From NCBI GenBank assembly GCA_030591625.1, contig JAUVAR010000001.1:1-50828 (forward strand): a DNA stretch of 50,828 bases, read 5' to 3'. Source of the stretch: Candidatus Zixiibacteriota bacterium. Lineage in GTDB: Bacteria > Zixibacteria > MSB-5A5 > GN15 > FEB-12. The notes below the pieces were generated by a model, which was given only the letters and a program-made list of their open reading frames with translations, had not been told where the DNA came from and did no database searches. The first letter of the stretch is position 1; every line of letters starts with the position of its first letter. Below, in pieces: positions 8,794 to 17,657 of this stretch. The translations under genes were made by a program, and so were the position numbers.

Positions 8794-9927
8794 ATGTCAG
8801 AACCAAGAATCAAATATCGCATCAACCTCAAGAAAATTGAACAGCTTTCTGTATCGCAAAGAACTGAACTTCTTCCAGTCGCACAAAAATTTAAATTTAG
8901 AGCAAACGACTATTATCTGTCGTTAATAAATTGGGATGATCCCGATGATCCGATTCGCCGGATTGTTATTCCTCAAGAAGGTGAGCTTGAGCCGTTTGGA
9001 CGGCTTGACGCATCTAATGAAGAATCAAACTATGTTGCCGCCGGCTGTCAACATAAGTACAAAGATACAGCACTATTATTGTGCAATGAAGTTTGCGGGG
9101 CATACTGTCGATTCTGTTTTCGAAAAAGACTTTTTCAGGACAACAACCATGAGGTGCTCTACGATGTCACACCCGGAATTGAATACATTGCCGCCCATCC
9201 TGAAATCAGTAACGTTCTTTTAACTGGTGGTGATCCGTTAATGCTAAAGACAGAACAGCTTGAAGATATTATTTCACGGTTGCGTGAGATCGATCATGTT
9301 TCGATCATTCGGCTCGGATCAAAAATCCCTGCCTTTAATCCGTATCGAATAATAAATGATCCCAAGTTGCTTGCTCTGTTCAAGAAATATTCTACTCGTG
9401 AAAAACGAATCTATGTCATGGCACACTTCAATCATCCGAACGAATTAACAGAGGTTTCTCGCGAGGGGCTTGATCTACTCATGCAGGCAGGAGTTATAAC
9501 TGTTAATCAGACACCAATTATTGGTGGCTTAAACGACAGCCCCGAAATACTTGCCGAGCTTATGAACAAATTATCTTATGCCGGTGTGCCCCCGTACTAT
9601 TTTTTCCAATGTCGTCCAACCGAAGGAAACGCGCCATTCGATATTCCACTTGTAAAAACTTTCAGAGTTATCGAAGAAGCGAAACGGTTAGTTTCAGGAT
9701 TAGCTAAACGTATCCGATTTGTAATGTCACACGAACTTGGGAAGATTGAAATGGTTGGTCTGACTGACCAGCATATTTATCTACGATTCCATCGCGCCAG
9801 ATACTCCGCAGATGAAGGTCGCTTTATGATTTTTCAACGCAATGATCAAGCCTTTTGGCTCGACGATCTTTCGCCAGTCAATGAAATCCCGGTTAGTGTA
9901 AGCGAGTACTGCCTGCAGGCGTCTTGA
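8794..9927 (+). CDS. KamA-family radical SAM aminomutase-like protein, paralog 2
   Basis: Roughly 60% identical by eye to paralog 1 (CGAYCRFC, LLTGGDP, SHELGK). I place the start at ATG 8794, which has an AAGGAG Shine-Dalgarno at 8784-8789 and aligns with the N-terminus of paralog 1. The ORF track's TTG at 8713 adds 27 unaligned residues. Confidence 0.85.
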   Translation: MSEPRIKYRINLKKIEQLSVSQRTELLPVAQKFKFRANDYYLSLINWDDPDDPIRRIVIPQEGELEPFGRLDASNEESNYVAAGCQHKYKDTALLLCNEVCGAYCRFCFRKRLFQDNNHEVLYDVTPGIEYIAAHPEISNVLLTGGDPLMLKTEQLEDIISRLREIDHVSIIRLGSKIPAFNPYRIINDPKLLALFKKYSTREKRIYVMAHFNHPNELTEVSREGLDLLMQAGVITVNQTPIIGGLNDSPEILAELMNKLSYAGVPPYYFFQCRPTEGNAPFDIPLVKTFRVIEEAKRLVSGLAKRIRFVMSHELGKIEMVGLTDQHIYLRFHRARYSADEGRFMIFQRNDQAFWLDDLSPVNEIPVSVSEYCLQAS

Positions 9928-9974
9928 ACAATTGGCGTCAAGTATTTATAACAATAGTATTTAACTATTGAATC

Positions 9975-10006
9975 AAAAAAGGCAGATCGCTCGAAACGAC
10001 CTGCCT
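9975..10006 (-). terminator. Rho-independent terminator of the serC operon
   Basis: On the minus strand: hairpin aggcag..(one internal mismatch)..ctgcct at 9980-10006, followed by a T-run (plus-strand A6 at 9975-9980). It lies 30 nt downstream of the serC stop. Confidence 0.6.
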
Positions 10007-10035
10007 TAGAATATATCAAAAATAATAACTACTGA

Positions 10036-11121
10036 TTAGTTAGCCTTCTTAAATGACTCCATAAATTCAACTAACTTCTCAACGCCCTCAAGAGTCATAG
10101 CATTGTAAATTGAAGCACGCACACCGCCAACCGAACGATGACCCTTAAGGCCGCTAAAACCTGCTGCACTAGCTTCGGCAATGAATTTCTTTTCGAGATC
10201 TTCGGAGGGAAGTCTGAAAGTCAAATTCATCCAACTGCGACTTTCGTCCTGAACTGTGCCTTTGTAATAATCAGGATTCAGATCAATCATCTGATAGATA
10301 CGTTCTTTCTTGGCGACATTCATTTTTTCAATCGCCGCAAGACCACCCTGCTCTTTAATCCACTCAGCGACAAGTCCAACGATATAAATCGCAAAAACTG
10401 GAGGTGTGTTATAGAGAGAATCTTTATTCGCATGAGTGCGATAGTCAAACATCGTTGGGATACCATCGTTGCACTTAACCAGCATATCTTCATGAACGAT
10501 TACAATCGTTACTCCGGCCGGTCCAAGATTTTTCTGCGCACCTGCATAAATTACCGAGAACTTGTTGAAGTCGAGTTGACGTGACAAAATATCGGATGAC
10601 ATATCACAAATCAAAGGGACCGAACCAGTATCAGGATATTCCTGAAACTGTGTTCCAAATATTGTGTTGTTCGATGTCATGTGCAAATAAGCTGCATCCG
10701 ATGGGAAGTCGATGTCGGCTGTTTTAGGAACGAATGTATGACCACCATCTTTCGATGAACCAGCCAGATGAACGGAACCGAAAGCCTTCGCTTCTTTGTA
10801 AGCTTTGCCGGCCCATGCACCAGTATCAACGTATGCGGCAGTCTTGCCCTTGCTCAGGAAATTCATTGGAATCATTGCAAACTGCGATGATGCACCACCG
10901 CCAACAAACAGGATTTTGTACTTATCGGAAAGTCCCATCAGTTCGCGCAACGAGTTCATAGTATTGTTATTGACCTCGTCAAACTCTTTTGAGCGATGCG
11001 ACATTTCGATCAATGACATTCCGGTACCATGATAGTCCAAAAATTCCGCCTGTACTTTTTTGAGAACATCAAGCGGCAGCGTTGACGGACCGGCGCTGAA
11101 ATTAAAAATTCGTTTAGCCAT
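10036..11121 (-). CDS. serC: 3-phosphoserine aminotransferase
   Basis: 361 aa. N-terminus MAKRIFNFSAGPSTLP, plus ..YAGAQKNLGPAGVT.. (PLP lysine region) and ..GHRSVGGVRASIYNA.., all canonical SerC motifs. Confidence 0.95.
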   Translation of the reverse strand: MAKRIFNFSAGPSTLPLDVLKKVQAEFLDYHGTGMSLIEMSHRSKEFDEVNNNTMNSLRELMGLSDKYKILFVGGGASSQFAMIPMNFLSKGKTAAYVDTGAWAGKAYKEAKAFGSVHLAGSSKDGGHTFVPKTADIDFPSDAAYLHMTSNNTIFGTQFQEYPDTGSVPLICDMSSDILSRQLDFNKFSVIYAGAQKNLGPAGVTIVIVHEDMLVKCNDGIPTMFDYRTHANKDSLYNTPPVFAIYIVGLVAEWIKEQGGLAAIEKMNVAKKERIYQMIDLNPDYYKGTVQDESRSWMNLTFRLPSEDLEKKFIAEASAAGFSGLKGHRSVGGVRASIYNAMTLEGVEKLVEFMESFKKAN

Positions 11122-11155
11122 ATGAGGACCTCTTCTTTACTTTCAGGAGTCGCTC

Positions 11156-12037
11156 TTAGCGGCTCGCACTATATTCTTCAATCAACTTCTCACAAATTTC
11201 ACCGATGCGTATCATATTCTCCTTGGAAGATGCACCCAGGTGTGGCATGAGAAGAGTCTTTTCACATTTCAATAACGGACAGTCTGCGTCCGGTGGATCA
11301 GAATACCATACGTCGGTCGCATAGCCTGACAGCTTTCCAGATTCCAACGCTGCGACGATATCTTCTTCTACGATACACTTACCGCGTCCGGTATTGATTA
11401 ACCAGGCGCCATCTTTGAATTTGGAAATCTGTTCTTTATTAATCAAACCTTTTGTTTCATCGGTCAAGGGCATGTGCATCGAAACATAATCTGCTTCACC
11501 CAGTGCTGTATCCAGATCGGTTTTCATTTCTGCAACGGGGGATGACTTAACAAACGGGTCATACCCAATCACTTTCATTCCGAACGCTTTCGCTCTTTCA
11601 CCAAGAGCCGAACCGATACGACCCATACCGAGCACAGCAATTGTTTTGCCCATCAACTCAGTTCGTCCAAGCTCTTTTTTGAGCCACTTACCTTCGCGCA
11701 TTGAAGCATCGGCACGACCAACATGATTGGTAATTCCAATCATCAATGCAAACGCTACTTCGGCTACTGCAACCGTTGAAGCATCAGCTGTATTAAAAAC
11801 CTGAATACCTTTTGTCTTGGCATATTCACGATCTACGTTGTCAAGACCAACACCACCTCGAATGACAAGTTTTAGATTCGGAGCACCATCAATATATTCT
11901 TTCGTTACTTTTGTTTTACTACGAATCAAAACTACTTCCGCGTCAGCCACGCGGTTTTTGTCGTCGGTCACTTCACCAAACCGTGCAAGCTTCTCAGGCA
12001 AAGTAGCTCCGAAAGCATCTGAAATTAGAATAAGCAT
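11156..12037 (-). CDS. serA: D-3-phosphoglycerate dehydrogenase, short form without an ACT domain (D-2-hydroxyacid dehydrogenase family)
   Basis: 293 aa. NAD-binding GMGRIGSALGERAKAFGMKV. Catalytic region ..NTGRG..D..AL.., and PHLGASSKE containing the catalytic His. Sits directly between serC and DUF1015. Confidence 0.75.
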   Translation of the reverse strand: MLILISDAFGATLPEKLARFGEVTDDKNRVADAEVVLIRSKTKVTKEYIDGAPNLKLVIRGGVGLDNVDREYAKTKGIQVFNTADASTVAVAEVAFALMIGITNHVGRADASMREGKWLKKELGRTELMGKTIAVLGMGRIGSALGERAKAFGMKVIGYDPFVKSSPVAEMKTDLDTALGEADYVSMHMPLTDETKGLINKEQISKFKDGAWLINTGRGKCIVEEDIVAALESGKLSGYATDVWYSDPPDADCPLLKCEKTLLMPHLGASSKENMIRIGEICEKLIEEYSASR

Positions 12038-12055
12038 ATTATATTTCTCCTGTCT

Positions 12056-13300
12056 CTATTCCGTTAAGAGATTTACCACCATCCCGGACCGAAGCTTAGG
12101 TTCGAACCAGGTCGATTTGGGTGGCATAACCTCGCCAGCGTCGGCAACATTTAGAAGTTGTTCAATCGACGTCGGATAAAGTGAAAACGCTATTTTGAAT
12201 TTACCTGAATCAACAAGGCGAACGAGTTCTTTAACACCCCGAATTCCACCTATGAAATCAATTCTCTTATCTGTCTTGGGATCATCAATACCAAGAAGTG
12301 GGGCAATAAAATTGTCTGCTAACACAGAAGCATCGATCGATTTCGTCGGATGCTTCGCATCAAAACTTCCATCTTTCGCACCAAGAAGATACCACTGACC
12401 GCCCGCATAAATACCAAACGAATGCAATTCATCGGGTTCAACTGGAATATCAGTTTTATTTACAATGAAATGTTCTTCGGCAAGCTTCATCAGTTCGTCA
12501 ATTGTATGACCATTGAGGTCATTCACGACACGATTGTACGGGAGAATACGAAGTTCATCATCGGCAAAAAGTACATTGAGAAAATAATTGGCCGGTTCGT
12601 CAGCTCCGTAGGAAGGGTTTTCTTCGCGTCGCCGTCTGAGAATTTCTGAGGCTGCCTGCGAGCGATGATGTCCGTCGGCAATATATAAAGAATCAAGTTT
12701 CGCAAATGTATCAATAATTTTTTTAATGTTTTCGGAATCAGACACAACCCATATTTCATGCTTAACATTATCGTCTGCTTTGAACGCAGTTTCGGGATCT
12801 GCTATCATGATCGTTTCAAACAAAGAACGCAATTCATCATTGGCTCGAAAAGTAGAAAAGACTGGTCCTACCTGCGCCTGTAAGTGATCAATATGATCAG
12901 CCCGATCATTTACTTTTACCGGACGAGTATGTTCATGCTTTTTGATAATACCATCGTTATATTCATCAACCGATGTAACACTAACCAATCCAGTTTGACT
13001 TCGTTCTTTCCATGTTAGCCTGTACAGATAGAACGAACGTTCGGTGTCACGAATCATAAGATTCTCACGAATCAGTCTTGCCAAGTTTTGTTTACTACGT
13101 TCGTACACTTCGGGACCATAAGGACTGGCGGAGGCATCAAACTCAAGCTCAGCTTTATTGACTCTTAAAAATGAATTCGGATTGTCCGCCGCCAGGGCAC
13201 GAGCTTCTTCCGAGCTCAGAACATCATAAGGCGGGGAGGCGACATCGCGGGCGATGTCACGTCGGGGTCTTAAACCTCTAAAGGGCATTACTTTGGCCAT
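12056..13300 (-). CDS. DUF1015 family protein (function unknown)
   Basis: N-terminus ..MPFRGLRPRRDIARDVASPPYDVLSSEEAR.., plus ..YIADGHHR.. and ..MPPKSTWFEPKLRSG.., all characteristic of DUF1015. The start is probably Met 9, 10 or 14 of the tracked ORF, which runs 12056-13327. Confidence 0.8.
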   Translation of the reverse strand: MAKVMPFRGLRPRRDIARDVASPPYDVLSSEEARALAADNPNSFLRVNKAELEFDASASPYGPEVYERSKQNLARLIRENLMIRDTERSFYLYRLTWKERSQTGLVSVTSVDEYNDGIIKKHEHTRPVKVNDRADHIDHLQAQVGPVFSTFRANDELRSLFETIMIADPETAFKADDNVKHEIWVVSDSENIKKIIDTFAKLDSLYIADGHHRSQAASEILRRRREENPSYGADEPANYFLNVLFADDELRILPYNRVVNDLNGHTIDELMKLAEEHFIVNKTDIPVEPDELHSFGIYAGGQWYLLGAKDGSFDAKHPTKSIDASVLADNFIAPLLGIDDPKTDKRIDFIGGIRGVKELVRLVDSGKFKIAFSLYPTSIEQLLNVADAGEVMPPKSTWFEPKLRSGMVVNLLTE

Positions 13301-13539
13301 CATATCACCTATAATCAAAAAGCGCAATTTGTGACTTATTTCACAGTCCGGCCAGTATAATGAAAAGGGCCAATAAACCCAACCGAAATCGGAAATTCTT
13401 GCATAGTCTTATGGCCTGAGAATTGAATTTGAAATTTAAGGATTATGTTAACAAAAACTGCCTAATGTCTGGTTATTTAGGTCTTTTCTGATTGGGTAAG
13501 AATATGATAACTCTATTTCGATGTATATTAGCCTGCTCT

Positions 13540-14958
13540 TTAAAAGCTGAAATAATCTGAATAGTCATATTTGAAATTGGGGAGTTGATATTCACCAGAC
13601 TCTATTATCAAGGTGTAGTCTTTGCAATAGTCGCCTGCAGCTATTTTTCTAATCATTTCAATTAGCTGATCTACTTCGTCACAAGTATTGTAAATTCCAA
13701 AAGAAGCCCGAACTGCTCCGGGCAAATTGGTGCGGTCACGGGCGAGAATTTCCGCTTCGTATTTTGCGGCTCGTTCATCTGAAACATGCAATAATTCCTT
13801 CACATAGGTGTGGGCACAAAAACAGCCCGATCGTACACCTATACCCCCCTCATAGCTGAGGATCGCAGCCGTCAAACCGTGAGGGATATCACCAATATTG
13901 AATGATACAACCCCAAGACGTTGCGATGCTTGTTCCGGGTTAGTGTCACCGTACAATTTGACTTCAGGAATTTTCGCTAATTCTTTTAAGGCATAAGCGA
14001 TCAGTTCCGATTCATGCTCTATGATTGAGTCCCAGCCTATCTGCTCAATCATCTTAATAGCCTGCCCCAGTGCAACTACTCCTACAATATCCGGAGTCCC
14101 TGCTTCCTCCTTATCGGGAAGATCAGCCCAATATGCTTCTTCCATAGTAACAATATCTACCACACCGCCACCAACTTCTGTTGGGTCGCCATGCTCAAAT
14201 GTTTCTTTATCTGCTACCAGCACCCCAACCCCAAAAGGAGCATACATTTTGTGTGCAGAAAAAACCAAAAAGTCAATCGCACATTCAGGGTCGTTAGCCT
14301 TTACGTCAACCGGACGGTGCGGAACTAATTGAGCACCATCGAGAACAAACTTTGCCCCAACACTGTGTGCCATTTTGGCAAAATAATCTACGTCATTAAT
14401 GTAGCCAGAGACATTTGATGCGCCCGTTATAGCGACCAGTTTTATTCTTGAGCCATACTTGCTCAGTAGCTCCTCAAAACTTTTCCTACTAATCGTGCCA
14501 TCATGATTTATTTCGATATGTTTTACATCACCAACGCGTCGCCAGGGGAGTTCGTTTGAGTGATGCTCCATCAAGGAAGTAAGAATTATATCATCCGGCT
14601 TAATAATAACGCGATTGGCTAACTTGTTAATCGCTTCGGTCGAATTTTTTGTAAACAAAACTACTTGTTTGCTTAAGTCGGCTCCAATGAATTTAGCAAC
14701 AATATTACGCGACTCCTCAAAGGCCCAACTTGATAATTGAGATTTGAATCCTGTCCCACGATGAACATTTGAATACCATCTTAGAAATTGAGTTACTGAA
14801 TCGGCTATCGGCTTAAATGTTGGTGTGGAGGCAGCATTATCTAAATTAACATAGCGCTTATCCCCATGAATAGTCGGTACTGTTGTGTCAAAACCCAGAA
14901 GAAGTCCCGGAAGGTCGGAGATTGAAATTGAATTATATCGCTGTTTTATATTTGGCAT
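13540..14958 (-). CDS. Class-V aminotransferase-fold PLP enzyme (cysteine desulfurase / SufS-CsdA-like)
   Basis: 472 aa. Contains ..LDNAASTP.., ..HHSNELPW.., the FSAHKMYAPFGVG PLP-lysine motif, and RSGCFCAH with a candidate active-site Cys. Confidence 0.8.
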   Translation of the reverse strand: MPNIKQRYNSISISDLPGLLLGFDTTVPTIHGDKRYVNLDNAASTPTFKPIADSVTQFLRWYSNVHRGTGFKSQLSSWAFEESRNIVAKFIGADLSKQVVLFTKNSTEAINKLANRVIIKPDDIILTSLMEHHSNELPWRRVGDVKHIEINHDGTISRKSFEELLSKYGSRIKLVAITGASNVSGYINDVDYFAKMAHSVGAKFVLDGAQLVPHRPVDVKANDPECAIDFLVFSAHKMYAPFGVGVLVADKETFEHGDPTEVGGGVVDIVTMEEAYWADLPDKEEAGTPDIVGVVALGQAIKMIEQIGWDSIIEHESELIAYALKELAKIPEVKLYGDTNPEQASQRLGVVSFNIGDIPHGLTAAILSYEGGIGVRSGCFCAHTYVKELLHVSDERAAKYEAEILARDRTNLPGAVRASFGIYNTCDEVDQLIEMIRKIAAGDYCKDYTLIIESGEYQLPNFKYDYSDYFSF

Positions 14959-15098
14959 TGACTAAATAGACCTTTTCCCTGATAGGATTTAATGAATCAT
15001 GTAATATAGATATATAATAATGGATCAAGCAAGGCGATAATTGACCAGGTTTATAACAATTTTTCATTAACTTAAGGAACTGTTTTTATAGAAGATTA

Positions 15099-16310
15099 TC
15101 AAACTTTTTCAAGCTGAGACAGGTAATAGGCAGCCCATCGATCTCTCGGATGGAATTCGGCTGCATGATTTTGATATTTTTCACCAAGAGAACTACCATC
15201 AATTTCACCTGATTTAAGCTCTAAAATCAATTCACACAGGTGCGAAACATCATCAGACCGATATGATAAAGCACCACCCGCTAATTCGAGTTCACGAACA
15301 GCTTCACCACCCTGCGAACCGAAAAGGATTGGTCGTCCGGAAGCCATATACTCAAAAAGTTTACATGGGAATGTACCTTTGGTAATAGGAACTTCTTTCA
15401 GAGTTTCGATCAGTACATCACTCGACTTTAAGAAAAATGGAATAGATTCAAGTGGCTGAGCACCAATAAACTCTACATTCTTAAGACCATAGTCACGAAC
15501 CATACCTTCCAAAGCACCACGTTTGCCACCATCACCCACAAATACAAACTTAATATCTGGCTGGTCGGTCAACTTGCGAGCTGCCTCGATAACAGTTTCC
15601 AGAGAATGAGCCCATCCAAGCGTGCCTGCATACAGGATCAGGAATTTTTCTTCCCATCCATATTTCTGTCGAATACCATTCTGACTGGCATTTAGAAATT
15701 CATGAGAGAAGCCGGATTTTACTGTAGCAATACGATCAGCCGGTATTTTCAAATCAATCAGAAAATCTGCTATACCGTCTGTAACTGCAATAAGTTTGTC
15801 AGCCCGTCGATATAATGAATGCATCAGAACTTTTATAGCTTTTGTCAGAATCGATTTTTCGAGGTTTCCGAAGTCCTCGGATGATTCTGGCTGTAAATCT
15901 CTTACTTCAAGTACAAATTTGGTTCGCCTCAATTTACTCAAAATCCAACCGATTACCGGCGTGTTGACAGGCGGGGTAGAAGCTAAGACCATATCAAAGT
16001 CATCTTTTATCTTGAAAGAGTTAATTAAGGCAGTAAAGCAAAAGATAACAAAACCTATCATCCTCTTACCCTGATAGAGATTTGAAGCAGGCAAGACCCA
16101 GCTTCTGTATACCTTAACTCCTTCAATCTCTTCGGCATAGAACATTCTGCCTCGGTATTTTGGAGGCACTATTCCATCGGGATAATTAGGCACAGCTGTA
16201 AGTACAGATACTTCATGGCCATTTTTGACAAAATACCTGGCAAATTCAAAAAGCCGCCGAACTGCCCCGCGTTCAGGCGGAAAATGCTGTGATACGATAA
16301 GAATTTTCAT
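15099..16310 (-). CDS. Family-4 glycosyltransferase (WcaI/WbuB-like)
   Basis: MKILIVSQHFPPERG N-terminus and a GT-B C-terminal E..G....E motif region (..CKLFEYMASGRPIL..). The start is taken at Met13 of the tracked ORF. Confidence 0.8.
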   Translation of the reverse strand: MKILIVSQHFPPERGAVRRLFEFARYFVKNGHEVSVLTAVPNYPDGIVPPKYRGRMFYAEEIEGVKVYRSWVLPASNLYQGKRMIGFVIFCFTALINSFKIKDDFDMVLASTPPVNTPVIGWILSKLRRTKFVLEVRDLQPESSEDFGNLEKSILTKAIKVLMHSLYRRADKLIAVTDGIADFLIDLKIPADRIATVKSGFSHEFLNASQNGIRQKYGWEEKFLILYAGTLGWAHSLETVIEAARKLTDQPDIKFVFVGDGGKRGALEGMVRDYGLKNVEFIGAQPLESIPFFLKSSDVLIETLKEVPITKGTFPCKLFEYMASGRPILFGSQGGEAVRELELAGGALSYRSDDVSHLCELILELKSGEIDGSSLGEKYQNHAAEFHPRDRWAAYYLSQLEKV

Positions 16311-16510
16311 ACTACACCACGAGAATTTTAGACAAATTTCAACCAAACCGCAAGAGATAATTAGCTTTTATCAGCCTTTTTTCAAAGCTTTGCGGTAAAA
16401 GCTTGACTCTGATTTTAGTGCACTATATTTTCACAATTCAAAGAAATGTTTGTGATAATTATAACTAAGATGGTATAAGAAACAGAGAGATTAACTGGAG
16501 GTCTAAACTA

Positions 16511-17026
16511 ATGAAGAAACTCACTTTGACTGTCATCCTAATGATGTCACTGGTTGCGCTTTTTGCGCTCCCTGCCTTTGCAGCCGATGCAGCCGATGCA
16601 GCCGATGATGCCCACGCTTTTGTTGGAGCCAAGAAATGTAAAACTTGCCACAAGGCTCAGTTTACATCATGGTCCGAAACTGGCCACGCCACTACCTGGG
16701 ATCGTCTGTCGGCCGAAGAGCAGAAAGACCCAAAATGTACCGGTTGCCACATGACCGGCACAACTGCCAAAGATGTTGCCCTTACTGGTGTTCAATGCGA
16801 AGCTTGTCACGGCGCTGGAGCTGATTACAAATCGGCTAAGATCATGAGCAAGAAAAAATGGAAAGCTGACCCAGAAGGTCAGAAAAAACTCGCTCTTGCT
16901 GCTGGCCTTATAATGCCAACAGAAAAAGATTGTGTAAAGTGCCACACTAAAGAAGGCAACCCGAACTTCAAAGAATTCAAATTTGAAGAAAGTGCAAAAT
17001 TGGTCCATCCAGCCCCGACCAAGTAA
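16511..17026 (+). CDS. Secreted tetraheme c-type cytochrome
   Basis: Signal peptide (..LPAFAADA..). Four CxxCH motifs: CKTCH, CTGCH, CEACH and CVKCH. GGAGG Shine-Dalgarno upstream. Confidence 0.85.
   Translation: MKKLTLTVILMMSLVALFALPAFAADAADAADDAHAFVGAKKCKTCHKAQFTSWSETGHATTWDRLSAEEQKDPKCTGCHMTGTTAKDVALTGVQCEACHGAGADYKSAKIMSKKKWKADPEGQKKLALAAGLIMPTEKDCVKCHTKEGNPNFKEFKFEESAKLVHPAPTK
16580..16606 (+). repeat. Perfect 3x tandem 9-bp repeat (gcagccgat) inside the cytochrome gene
   Basis: gcagccgat gcagccgat gcagccgat read directly from the sequence. It encodes the AADAADAAD stretch just after the signal-peptide cleavage region. Confidence 0.9.
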
Positions 17027-17047
17027 TTCTTTTTATGTAGATATTAA

Positions 17048-17075
17048 AGCGACCATTTCGATGGTCGCTTTTTTT
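17048..17075 (+). terminator. Rho-independent terminator after the cytochrome gene
   Basis: agcgaccat-ttcg-atggtcgct, a perfect 9-bp stem, followed by a T-run. Confidence 0.85.
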
Positions 17076-17088
17076 ATGAATAATTTTA

Positions 17089-17640
17089 TTACTGCGGAAG
17101 TTTGAACGATCTAACCGAAACCCATTTTCGATCAATAACCGGAGATACTAATTCAACTGCATTAGCAGTAAATTTCTCGGCGGGCAGATATCCAACAATA
17201 CGATCTTTAACCAACATCACTCGATGGTAAGAAATTTCTCTCGCAACTGTGACATGCGGAATAAATTCTCGATGAGGGAGAGCCAGATCGAGTCGTGTAT
17301 GCAGTGACTTATATAGAGAATCAAGAGCGGTATTCTGCTTAACCGACCAGTAAATTATTGGTGAGTCAGGATAAAAATCACCGATTGAATCAAGTTCAAT
17401 TTCTATTGGTTCTGAGCTATCAATCACACTACTGATCGCATCAGATATCGACTGAAGCGAAAGCCTGCTTTCGAATTCAAAAACAAGTGTTAGATGCGAA
17501 TCAACATTCGAATAATCAGGATCATACTGTTCTCTGATTGGAGCAATAATTGCATCGAGCTCACGTGGGAGCAAAATTATCACAGCCCATTCATGGCTGC
17601 GTCTTTCTTTATAGTCAGGAGAGGAAGAATCAAAATTCAT
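17089..17640 (-). CDS. 2H phosphoesterase superfamily protein (LigT / 2'-5' RNA ligase-like)
   Basis: 183 aa with two HxT/S motifs (HLTLVF and HVTVAR) at the spacing typical of the 2H fold. Confidence 0.7.
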   Translation of the reverse strand: MNFDSSSPDYKERRSHEWAVIILLPRELDAIIAPIREQYDPDYSNVDSHLTLVFEFESRLSLQSISDAISSVIDSSEPIEIELDSIGDFYPDSPIIYWSVKQNTALDSLYKSLHTRLDLALPHREFIPHVTVAREISYHRVMLVKDRIVGYLPAEKFTANAVELVSPVIDRKWVSVRSFKLPQ

Positions 17641-17657
17641 TATAATGGTTACCGTAT

